Source of the DNA: a virus
Lineage: Duplodnaviria; Heunggongvirae; Uroviricota; Caudoviricetes
Reading direction: 5' to 3' (one strand)
IMG/VR virus record: IMGVR_UViG_3300048625_000166
DNA length: 64,000 nt
The position numbers and the translations under genes were made by a program. The notes beneath the pieces were generated by a model. That model was not told the DNA's origin. It saw nothing but the letters and a program-made list of their open reading frames with translations, and did not search any database. Below, one piece after another: positions 48,820-55,605 of this stretch (positions are counted from its first letter, which is position 1; the number at the start of each line of letters is the position of its first letter).

Positions 48820-48896
48820 TGGTGCCCCCAGCGGGACTCGAACCCGCAGAATCTTGATTTTGAGTCAAGCACGTATACCAATTCCATCACAAGGGC
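48820..48896 (-). tRNA. tRNA-Leu(CAA), short variable loop
   Basis: Loop CTCAAAA. Confidence 0.9.
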
Positions 48897-48901
48897 AAAA
48901 A

Positions 48902-49017
48902 GAAACATACTAGCGATCTACTGTTGTTGTGATTGAACACAGGACTTAGTATAAGTCGTCCCAACTCCGCATCTTTTTAACACAAGTCCTGCGGTTGCTT
49001 GTGAGCTAATATATTTC
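48902..49017 (-). ncRNA. Long-stem structured RNA
   Basis: GAAATATATTAGC/GCTAGTATGTTTC outer stem; CAGGACTT/AAGTCCTG inner stem. Confidence 0.5.
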
Positions 49018-49024
49018 AAAAACT

Positions 49025-49100
49025 TGGTACTCCGTATGGGAATCGAACCCATCTTACCAACGTGAAAGGCTGGTGTCCTAAACCGATAGACGAACGGAGC
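49025..49100 (-). tRNA. tRNA-Glu(TTC)
   Basis: Loop CTTTCAC. Confidence 0.95.
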
Positions 49101-49110
49101 ATAGTTATTC

Positions 49111-49209
49111 ACTATATGTAAACACAAAAGCAATACTAACCGGGCGGTCGATATCGGCGTTAGCCAAGTCACTTACCCAGACTTTCAAACTAATGTGCTT
49201 ACATATAGT
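49111..49209 (-). ncRNA. Long-stem RNA B7
   Basis: ACTATATGTAAGCACATTAG...TTTGTGTTTACATATAGT. Confidence 0.55.
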
Positions 49210-49242
49210 GACTGCTTCACAGCAGTGTATATGTTGGTTGTT

Positions 49243-49312
49243 TTTTTAAAGAACAGTGCTGATTTCTCAGCGTCAATACATGTATTGTATAACATGTTTG
49301 AATCATTGTCAA
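49243..49312 (-). promoter_or_regulatory. sigma70 promoter followed by boxB-boxA
   Basis: TTGACA-17-TACAAT; GCTGA-GAAA-TCAGC; TGTTCTTTAAAAA. Confidence 0.75.
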
Positions 49313-49320
49313 ACTATTTT

Positions 49321-49435
49321 TAAGTATTTTAGATGGATTCGAACCATCGTTTCACTGGCGATTCCCACCATACAGTTACTATGACTTCACTGTGTGGGCC
49401 CTTGCGTCCTAAGCCCCTAGACGATAAGACACTTA
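49321..49435 (-). ncRNA. 115-nt tRNA-like RNA with an expanded anticodon region and no CCA
   Basis: D arm GTCT-AGGGGCTTAG-GAC, T arm GATGG-TTCGAAT-CCATC, AAGTGT/ATACTT acceptor. Confidence 0.55.
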
Positions 49436-49441
49436 GAAATA

Positions 49442-49520
49442 GTCTGACAAATTGTTAAAGAACAGTGATTGATTTCTCAATCGATACACGTATTGTATGC
49501 GAGTTTTTATTTAGTGTCAA
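49442..49520 (-). promoter_or_regulatory. sigma70 promoter followed by rrn-leader-like boxB-boxA
   Basis: TTGACA-17-TACAAT; GATTGA-GAAA-TCAATC; CACTGTTCTTTAACAATTTGTCAGAC. Confidence 0.85.
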
Positions 49521-49565
49521 GCGTTTCCTAAAATATTTTGATAAATAGTTAAAAGGAACCCCAAA

Positions 49566-50063
49566 ATGAAAAAGTACGCAACATTAAGCATTGATAGCTC
49601 AACTCTAGCAACTGAAATCATGACATATTTGAAATCTTCAATCGATGTTGAGGATAACGATCATCATATCCATGCATTTCACGTGTTAAATTTGACTGAT
49701 CTTGCCAACACTACACTCAACACTACGTTTACCGGATTAACCGCAAAATTCGTGGGGCATTTGACAATCAATGGCAGTCAAATGTTTAATCATTGCTATG
49801 ATTCTGCATTTATGCTTATTCCATTGGAAGATTGTGAATCAACAGTGGTTAAGATTTTTGACGTTGCTCCTGGCGCAGTATTTAATCCAACTGACTCTTG
49901 CTACATGGACCAAGACTGCACACTAGCAAATGCATTGCCACTTACATCACCTATTGTGATTAGTGCGAATACAACTCACACCATTGAAACAACCAACTTC
50001 ACAAAACTAGCAGATGTGTTAATGATCATCTTCAATGAAGATGTATCAACGTTACTAGCTTAA
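49566..50063 (+). CDS. Hypothetical protein, antisense to the tRNA array
   Basis: ATAAATA at 49541 and AAGGA RBS; 165 aa. Confidence 0.65.
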   Translation: MKKYATLSIDSSTLATEIMTYLKSSIDVEDNDHHIHAFHVLNLTDLANTTLNTTFTGLTAKFVGHLTINGSQMFNHCYDSAFMLIPLEDCESTVVKIFDVAPGAVFNPTDSCYMDQDCTLANALPLTSPIVISANTTHTIETTNFTKLADVLMIIFNEDVSTLLA

Positions 50064-50064
50064 G

Positions 50065-50139
50065 TGGTCCGGCGTAGTGGAATCGAACCACTATAATCAC
50101 TTTAGAAGAATGATGTCCTATCCGTTGAACGAACGCCAG
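50065..50139 (-). tRNA. tRNA-Arg(TCT)
   Basis: Loop CTTCTAA. Confidence 0.9.
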
Positions 50140-50164
50140 ATAACTGATAGCATATCACAATAAA

Positions 50165-50203
50165 AAGAAAAAGTCAAGAGATTTTTAGTTTCTTGACTTT
50201 TTT
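50165..50203. terminator. Terminator-like hairpin overlapping a -35 box (TTGACT...TATGCT)
   Basis: AAAAAGTCAAGA-11 nt-TCTTGACTTTTT. Confidence 0.55.
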
Positions 50204-50206
50204 GTT

Positions 50207-50282
50207 TGGCTCCCCTACGTGGGCTCGAACCACGGACATTTTGATTAACAGTCAAACGCTCTACCAACTGAGCTATAGGAGA
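50207..50282 (-). tRNA. tRNA-Asn(GTT)
   Basis: Loop CTGTTAA, G73. Confidence 0.95.
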
Positions 50283-50289
50283 ATAAATG

Positions 50290-50364
50290 TGGTGCCCTCG
50301 AGGTGAATCGAACACCTGATCCTCCGCTTACAAGGCGGATGCATTACCACTCTGCTACAAGGGC
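50290..50364 (-). tRNA. tRNA-Thr(TGT)
   Basis: Loop CTTGTAA. Confidence 0.95.
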
Positions 50365-50382
50365 ATAATTTTATTTATAGTG

Positions 50383-50411
50383 AGTATATCACAGCAAAAC
50401 TTTTTTGTCAA
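50383..50411 (-). promoter_or_regulatory. sigma70-type promoter
   Basis: TTGACA-17-TATACT. Confidence 0.75.
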
Positions 50412-50430
50412 GTCTTGCCATGATATCTTC

Positions 50431-50991
50431 CTACGAAAGCAAGATTCTAGAATGCTTTGGCACACCTGCCATCAAGTATTCCATTTGGTCTGCAAGAATT
50501 GTTCGTTGTTGCAGAATCATGTTTTCATAGTGGTTAGGTTCATAAGGAACATAAAGTAGTTCCATACGTGCTTCTTTCAAAGACTTATGACCCTTCTTAG
50601 AGTTACATTCCTTACATGCAGTAACTACGTTCATCCAAGTGTTGTCGCCGCCATGGTACCGAGGTACAATGTGGTCACGGCTTAGATTGTGATAGTTAGG
50701 GAAATGTCCACCACAGTATGCACAAACATACCGGTCACGACCAAACAATGTCTTGTTAGTCAATGCAACATGTGCGTGACGATGTGGGTTATAACCATGA
50801 CCCTTGATAGCAATAATAGAAGGAGATTCTAGGTAGCTTAGTGATCCGTCACGTTGTACGCCACCACGATACTTCGCAACAATTTCACCCATAGACCATG
50901 CTACGGAGTCAGTTGCGTGATATGCAATTGCGTCATCGTTTGAGATCCATTGCCGGGGAACTCCTGAAATATCTAGTGCTAGAACAGCCAT
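50431..50991 (-). CDS. HNH endonuclease (McrA/HNH_5-like)
   Basis: LFGRDRYVCAYCG...SRDHIVP...GGDNTWMNVVTACKECNSKKG. Confidence 0.9.
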   Translation of the reverse strand: MAVLALDISGVPRQWISNDDAIAYHATDSVAWSMGEIVAKYRGGVQRDGSLSYLESPSIIAIKGHGYNPHRHAHVALTNKTLFGRDRYVCAYCGGHFPNYHNLSRDHIVPRYHGGDNTWMNVVTACKECNSKKGHKSLKEARMELLYVPYEPNHYENMILQQRTILADQMEYLMAGVPKHSRILLS

Positions 50992-51036
50992 GCTTTTCTC
51001 CTTTGTGTTACTGTCTACATTTATTTAATGTTCCTT

Positions 51037-51111
51037 TGGAGGGTCGTACAAGATTCGAACTTGTGACTGCTGGTTTCGAAGACCAGAACTCTTCCACTGA
51101 GCTAACGACCC
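51037..51111 (-). tRNA. tRNA-Arg(TCG)
   Basis: Loop CTTCGAA. Confidence 0.9.
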
Positions 51112-51120
51112 ATGTTAATG

Positions 51121-51149
51121 ATTATATGACAAACACCATTATTTGTCAA
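51121..51149 (-). promoter_or_regulatory. sigma70-type promoter
   Basis: TTGACA-17-TATAAT. Confidence 0.8.
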
Positions 51150-51152
51150 ACT

Positions 51153-51228
51153 TGGTGGCCTCGGGCGGGATCGAACCACCGACACATGGATTTTCAATCC
51201 ACTGCTCTACCATCTGAGCTACGAGGCC
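51153..51228 (-). tRNA. tRNA-Phe(GAA)
   Basis: Loop TTGAAAA. Confidence 0.95.
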
Positions 51229-51229
51229 A

Positions 51230-51403
51230 TTATTTTTGTTCTGGTATCTTACGCAAGCTATCTAGCTTCACTAGACAATCACGTTGAGTACCCATTCTGA
51301 ATACGCGCAGATAATCTACGCCATCAATCTTTTGAATGTCCTTCATGTTTTTACAGAAGAACTTTTCCTTGTTTCTGACATTTTCGAAATAAGTTGTTTT
51401 CAT
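51230..51403 (-). CDS. Small hypothetical protein (57 aa)
   Basis: AAGGAG RBS before MKTTYFE. Confidence 0.6.
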   Translation of the reverse strand: MKTTYFENVRNKEKFFCKNMKDIQKIDGVDYLRVFRMGTQRDCLVKLDSLRKIPEQK

Positions 51404-51417
51404 ATCATTCTCCTTCT

Positions 51418-51494
51418 TGGTACCCCAGATGGGACTCGAACCCACAGATACAACGACCTCAACGTTGCGTGTCTACCAATTCCACCACCGGGGC
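51418..51494 (-). tRNA. tRNA-Leu(GAG), short variable loop
   Basis: Loop TTGAGGT. Confidence 0.9.
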
Positions 51495-51602
51495 ATATAT
51501 TAGTGCCAGGTTGTCCTTGTCCCTAGCGTTGCGGCAAGTTGTTTTAGGTTTTGCTTTTACTATGGATCCGCTTTACCTTAAACCACAAAAGGATTTAAAC
51601 AC

Positions 51603-51692
51603 TGGCAGAGAGTAAGGGATTCGAACCCTTGTGCCGCGCTAGCGACCATCACCTTTCCAAGATGCGCCCTTAAGCCTCTCGGGCAACTCTCT
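51603..51692 (-). tRNA. tRNA-Ser(GGA)
   Basis: Loop TTGGAAA, long variable arm. Confidence 0.9.
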
Positions 51693-51697
51693 ATATT

Positions 51698-51796
51698 TGG
51701 TGCCTCTGGCAGGACTCGAACCTGCACACTGTGGCTTATCTAGCCACTGCTTTGGGGAGGTATAAGCTCCCTTCTTTACCATTAAGCTACAGAGGC
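51698..51796 (-). tRNA. tRNA-Ile(TAT) with a long variable arm (99 nt)
   Basis: GGGAG-CTTATAC-CTCCC; variable hairpin GTGGCT/AGCCAC. Confidence 0.8.
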
Positions 51797-51803
51797 ATTA
51801 TCT

Positions 51804-51895
51804 TGGCGGAAAGCAGAGGAGTCGAACCCCATCCCCGTTAGGAGAACCCAGTTTTCAAGGCTGGTCGGCACACCAACGCGCCTGCATTACTTTCC
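51804..51895 (-). tRNA. (8/4)-fold tRNA-Ser(TGA)
   Basis: 8-bp acceptor GGAAAGTA/TGCTTTCC, 4-bp T stem, 5-bp D stem, loop CTTGAAA. Confidence 0.75.
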
Positions 51896-51896
51896 T

Positions 51897-52901
51897 TTAT
51901 TTTTTGACGCCACGGGATGGATTGAGCAATTCATGTAGATGCTCAATATATCGGTGGACTTCTTGATACACTAATTTTAGGTATCGTCTACGAACCTGCA
52001 CTTCTTGTGGGTTGCGCGGTTCGGCGAATCTATTGCTGATTCTATTGTTTATGTAAGAAATGATATCTTCACTTTCAATGCGAGGAATATCTTGTAGTCT
52101 TTCAACTTTATCTAAGCCATTTGCTTTAATAACGTCTAATGCCATTTGATGTGCAAATGCGGCAATTTCTTGTGGACTAGCATAATACAAGTCGTAGTAA
52201 CGATCTTTGTTCTTAGACTTTACAGCCTTTTGTGCGGCGCTGTAGAACTCACCCTTAGTTTTATCTAAGTAGCTACGATATTCAGTCTTGCCTAGTGGTC
52301 TATGTGCCTGTTGCTTGTGTTGAACTAAGTGTACTGCCTCGTGAACTACAATTGATACAATCTTGTCGATTGCACTGTCCATGTCTTTCAAAAGTACATT
52401 AAGAATTTCTCTGTCATTAGATTTCAACATCTTGAACAAGAAACTCATGCCCTTTGTTCTATCGCCTGCCTCATAATTGTCATACAAATAAATGCTAAAA
52501 CGATTCATGATTGTACGAGCAATTGCTGGCAAGTAAGCACGATTAATAACCATGTTAGAACCCTGTGCGTAACCGCCCATGCCCTTCATGGTACCAAATC
52601 TGAACTTAGATATTGCGTCTTTACCAAGGATCTTTTCCAAGGTAAGTTTCATTTGTTTGGTAATACCTTTTTCAATCTTTTCATTACCTTCACGTTGCAT
52701 GAACTCACGTACATAACGATCACTTAGGTTATCGTCGTTTAAGATTTCTTGCAAGTTTGGATTGTTCATGAATGACTTTTCCAATGCAGACACGCCATTA
52801 ATAATGCCGTCTTTAACAGCCCTTGACAAGTCTTCTTCATACTTGGTCATACTTATGGCTTCATCGACCACTTCTTCATTAACAAATTCAAATATACGCA
52901 T
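51897..52901 (-). CDS. Hypothetical protein with HExxH motif
   Basis: Start MRIFEF 8 nt after ATAAATA; VVHEAVHLVQ. Confidence 0.6.
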   Translation of the reverse strand: MRIFEFVNEEVVDEAISMTKYEEDLSRAVKDGIINGVSALEKSFMNNPNLQEILNDDNLSDRYVREFMQREGNEKIEKGITKQMKLTLEKILGKDAISKFRFGTMKGMGGYAQGSNMVINRAYLPAIARTIMNRFSIYLYDNYEAGDRTKGMSFLFKMLKSNDREILNVLLKDMDSAIDKIVSIVVHEAVHLVQHKQQAHRPLGKTEYRSYLDKTKGEFYSAAQKAVKSKNKDRYYDLYYASPQEIAAFAHQMALDVIKANGLDKVERLQDIPRIESEDIISYINNRISNRFAEPRNPQEVQVRRRYLKLVYQEVHRYIEHLHELLNPSRGVKK

Positions 52902-52922
52902 AGTACATATATTTATCTTATT

Positions 52923-53000
52923 TGGTGTGTCCTGTTGGAATCGAACCAACTTCTCCGATTTTTCAGACCGGCGCTGAATGACCACACTAGCTCAGGACAC
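52923..53000 (-). tRNA. tRNA-Phe(GAA), second divergent copy
   Basis: Loop CTGAAAA. Confidence 0.85.
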
Positions 53001-53001
53001 A

Positions 53002-53364
53002 TTAAATTGTTTTATATCTTTTATCTTTTTGCTTGTGTTCTACGTCCCACTTGATTGCGGCGCCAGAACAAAACTTTTCATCTTTCCAGAATCTTGCTCC
53101 ATTCAATATGAATGGCTTCAATACTCTATCACCGTTCCACCAACCACGTTGGCATTTAATGAAGCCTTTTGCTTCTAATTCGTTTCGTAGTTCTTTGAAC
53201 TCTGGATGATCATCATGTGACAATGACTTACATCGATCCTCGCCCTTGATAATCTTAATCAATTGATCTGGTGTTAGTTCGTTTACTGGAATGTGATCAT
53301 ACATTCCCCACTCTTTTTCAATCTTAACATCACATAATGAATTCATGTCGATTTCAAACTTCAT
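53002..53364 (-). CDS. Hypothetical protein
   Basis: GGAGG RBS before MKFEIDM. Confidence 0.65.
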   Translation of the reverse strand: MKFEIDMNSLCDVKIEKEWGMYDHIPVNELTPDQLIKIIKGEDRCKSLSHDDHPEFKELRNELEAKGFIKCQRGWWNGDRVLKPFILNGARFWKDEKFCSGAAIKWDVEHKQKDKRYKTI

Positions 53365-53530
53365 GCTTCCTCCATTGTAGGTTTTTGAGCGCCCAACTAT
53401 CTTTCTCAAGGACTCACTGGATTGTCTCGTATGAAGGAGTTTAGCAACCTTGTACTGCTACTGGCGTGTCAGTCACAAGAATAGGGACCTAGCGCACAAG
53501 GGACTCTACTTCTACGTCTATCTCAAAAAT

Positions 53531-53585
53531 TGGTGGTAGGCTTTCCTGGCACATGTAACCAGTAAGGCCCGGGCGCCGCCTACCA
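53531..53585 (-). ncRNA. 55-nt CCA-ending minihelix-like RNA
   Basis: TGGTAGGC/GCCTACCA-CCA stem; inner CTGG/CCAG hairpin. Confidence 0.45.
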
Positions 53586-53594
53586 TAACTCGAA

Positions 53595-53676
53595 TGTGTG
53601 TTGTAGGATTCGAACCTACATCAGGAGGTTTTTAGGCCTCTTGTAATGATGCCCTAAACATTTATACGAAACACAC
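53595..53676 (-). pseudogene. Degenerate tRNA-like element
   Basis: GTGTGTT/AACACAC acceptor, T arm GTAGG-TTCGAAT-CCTAC, 8-nt loop CCTAAAAA, no CCA. Confidence 0.55.
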
Positions 53677-53681
53677 AAAAC

Positions 53682-53939
53682 TGGCTTCGTTAGCAAGACT
53701 CGAACTTGCGATAGTGGCTTCAAATCGCGTATGCTGGGTGCCACCGTGTTTCCCAAAGTTACCCTCGTATCCCCTCTGCTAGTTTATCTCACTTTTCTCA
53801 CATTTCGACCTGTTCCGCACTTCCCGGACTCACAGTGTTTGGTTTTAAAGCCTACGCGATTGTTATCTACTTTGTTTTACTAGTTGCCTTATTAATAGCA
53901 TACTCAATACTACTCTACCTTCCTCTACACTATAACGAA
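53682..53939 (-). ncRNA. 258-nt RNA with tRNA acceptor and T arm enclosing about 200 nt (tmRNA-like architecture)
   Basis: TTCGTTA/TAACGAA-G-CCA; GCAAG-TTCGAGT-CTTGC; internal ATCGCGTA/TACGCGAT helix. Confidence 0.65.
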
Positions 53940-53946
53940 ATAAAAT

Positions 53947-54022
53947 TGGCACCGTAGACGGGAATCGAACCCGCCGCGTCTTCATAGACAGTGAAGTATC
54001 ACCCCTAGGTGAACTCTACGGT
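53947..54022 (-). tRNA. tRNA-Asp(GTC), second divergent copy
   Basis: Loop CTGTCTA (U37), G73. Confidence 0.8.
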
Positions 54023-54027
54023 ATAAA

Positions 54028-54567
54028 TCATTTTACAACATCTTGCCAACGAATGACTAGTGATTTGTCGTAATTTTGAGTTTTGTTCTTTCTGCGATTT
54101 TCCAATGCAGGAAGATACTGAAAGTTATCAGGATGATGTAGACCTCCGCATGCCAATGGCACAATATGGTCGACTTCGTATCCAGTTGGACAACTCTCGT
54201 AAATTTTTCGAATTAACTGACTATCAACGTAATCAGGTGTTGCGTTGTACTTTCTCGCTCTATAGTTTTGTACATTCAACACATTTAATTTTGCAGATTC
54301 GTCTTTCGTTTTTCTTCCAACTTTATCCCAATAAGCTATTCTAGCCTCTGATATTTTGGCAGAATGTTCTGCTGTTCTCGGCTTAAGTTTCTTTCCTTTG
54401 GTACTGGTTTGCTTAATTGAACCAGAAGCAATTCCTTCTTTAACCGAGTTGGCTATTTTTCGTTTCGTTTCATCGGATCTAACTCTAGAGTTAGCACACG
54501 GTCTACAACAATACTTTCCTGATCCATATGATCCATCATGTTCACTATTACATTTGAGGCAAAACAT
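54028..54567 (-). CDS. HNH endonuclease with zinc-finger and NUMOD3-like repeats
   Basis: CLKC...CCRPC; SDETKRKI; YEVDHIVPLACGGLHHPDN...ENRRK. Confidence 0.85.
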   Translation of the reverse strand: MFCLKCNSEHDGSYGSGKYCCRPCANSRVRSDETKRKIANSVKEGIASGSIKQTSTKGKKLKPRTAEHSAKISEARIAYWDKVGRKTKDESAKLNVLNVQNYRARKYNATPDYVDSQLIRKIYESCPTGYEVDHIVPLACGGLHHPDNFQYLPALENRRKNKTQNYDKSLVIRWQDVVK

Positions 54568-54616
54568 ATTAAATTCCTTTAATATATTTATCGAACCTCG
54601 CTCATTCTTTAGTTTT

Positions 54617-54692
54617 TGGCTCCCCAGGATGGGATCGAACCACCGACATCCTGATTAACAGTCAGGCGCAACTACCGCTGTGCTACTGGGGA
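54617..54692 (-). tRNA. tRNA-Asn(GTT)
   Basis: Loop CTGTTAA. Confidence 0.95.
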
Positions 54693-54700
54693 ATAATTCT

Positions 54701-54775
54701 TGGTGCCTCCACCTGGGCTCGAACCAGGGACTCCCACCTTATCAAGATGATACTCTACCACTGAGTTATAGAGGC
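54701..54775 (-). tRNA. tRNA-Ile(GAT)
   Basis: Loop TTGATAA. Confidence 0.9.
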
Positions 54776-54785
54776 AATTAATTGT

Positions 54786-54859
54786 TGGTACCCAGTGCAA
54801 GAATTGAACTTGCGTCTATCGATTATCAGTCGATTGCTCTTCCGTTGAGCTAACCGGGC
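54786..54859 (-). tRNA. tRNA-Ile(GAT)
   Basis: Loop CTGATAA. Confidence 0.9.
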
Positions 54860-54865
54860 ATTGTT

Positions 54866-54941
54866 TGGTAGATGTGAGTGGATTCGAACCACCGACCTGC
54901 TCCGTATGAAGGAGATGCACTAGCCGCTGTGCTACACATCC
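54866..54941 (-). tRNA. tRNA-Met(CAT), elongator-type
   Basis: Loop TTCATAC. Confidence 0.8.
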
Positions 54942-54947
54942 ATTGTA

Positions 54948-55022
54948 TGGTGCTCCTTGACAGAATCGAACTGCCACCCCTAGATTACAAAACTAGTCCA
55001 CTACCATTATGATTAAAAGAGC
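54948..55022 (-). tRNA. tRNA-Thr(TGT), divergent copy
   Basis: Loop TTTGTAA, U31:U39 mismatch. Confidence 0.8.
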
Positions 55023-55029
55023 AAATAAA

Positions 55030-55145
55030 ACAGGATACATTCTTGACGAATGCTCTACCAATTGAGCTAATCTCGCATGAAGCGAAATGTTGGAATCGAA
55101 CCAACGACACATCGTTTGATGTAGTTTGCTGTATGTATCCTAAAA
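55030..55145 (-). ncRNA. Y-like RNA A6 containing a permuted tRNA (truncated anticodon arm)
   Basis: AGGATACATACAGCAA...ATGTATCCTG; ACATC-AAAC-GATGT, GTTGG-TTCGATT-CCAAC, ATTTCGC-TTCAT-GCGAGAT, GCTC-AATTGGTA-GAGC. Confidence 0.8.
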
Positions 55146-55146
55146 T

Positions 55147-55266
55147 TGGCGCCGCCGGAGGGATTCGAACCCCCATCTCTTCCTTGACATGGAATTTTTA
55201 TATGCTGAACGTACTCTGTACAGAGTCACTTTTTATAAGTGTCCTGATCCATTAGACGACAGCGGC
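55147..55266 (-). ncRNA. 120-nt tRNA-like RNA with about 45 nt inserted between D and anticodon arms
   Basis: GCCGCTG/CGGCGGC-G-CCA; T arm GGGGG-TTCGAAT-CCCTC; TTCC-ATGTCAA-GGAA (Asp GTC-like). Confidence 0.65.
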
Positions 55267-55273
55267 GATAAAT

Positions 55274-55347
55274 TGGTGCGGGGTAAGGGAGTTGAACCCT
55301 TGACTAAACGTTGGCAACGTTTGATTTTACCGTTAAACTAACCACGC
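55274..55347 (-). tRNA. tRNA-Gly(GCC), divergent copy
   Basis: Loop TTGCCAA; A73, acceptor mismatch. Confidence 0.8.
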
Positions 55348-55355
55348 ATAAAAAC

Positions 55356-55432
55356 TGGAATACGGAGTGAGATTTGAACTCACGAATAACTGGTTTGCAA
55401 TCAGTCCCCTTAGGCCGCTCGGGCATCCGTAC
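55356..55432 (-). tRNA. tRNA-Cys(GCA)
   Basis: Loop TTGCAAA, U73. Confidence 0.85.
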
Positions 55433-55442
55433 ATAAATTGAT

Positions 55443-55518
<76 letters not shown>

Positions 55519-55528
55519 AAATTCACTT

Positions 55529-55605
55529 AGGGGTGACCGGTGGGACTTGAACCCACAAAAACCTGAGTCACAGTCAGGGTCGTCTACCAATTCCGACACG
55601 GCCAC
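55529..55605 (-). tRNA. tRNA-His(GTG), no encoded G-1 or CCA
   Basis: Loop CTGTGAC, C73; 3' end CCT; flanks pair (ACTTAGG/CCTAAGT). Confidence 0.8.

Noticed and set aside
51804-51895. tRNA-Sec or UGA suppressor
   Set aside because: The body looks SelC-like but the anticodon is TGA (Ser), not TCA, and the fold is 8/4 rather than 8/5
53682-53939. Canonical tmRNA (ssrA)
   Set aside because: No G3:U70, discriminator G rather than A, shorter than usual, and no hydrophobic Ala-ending tag frame; kept only as tmRNA-shaped
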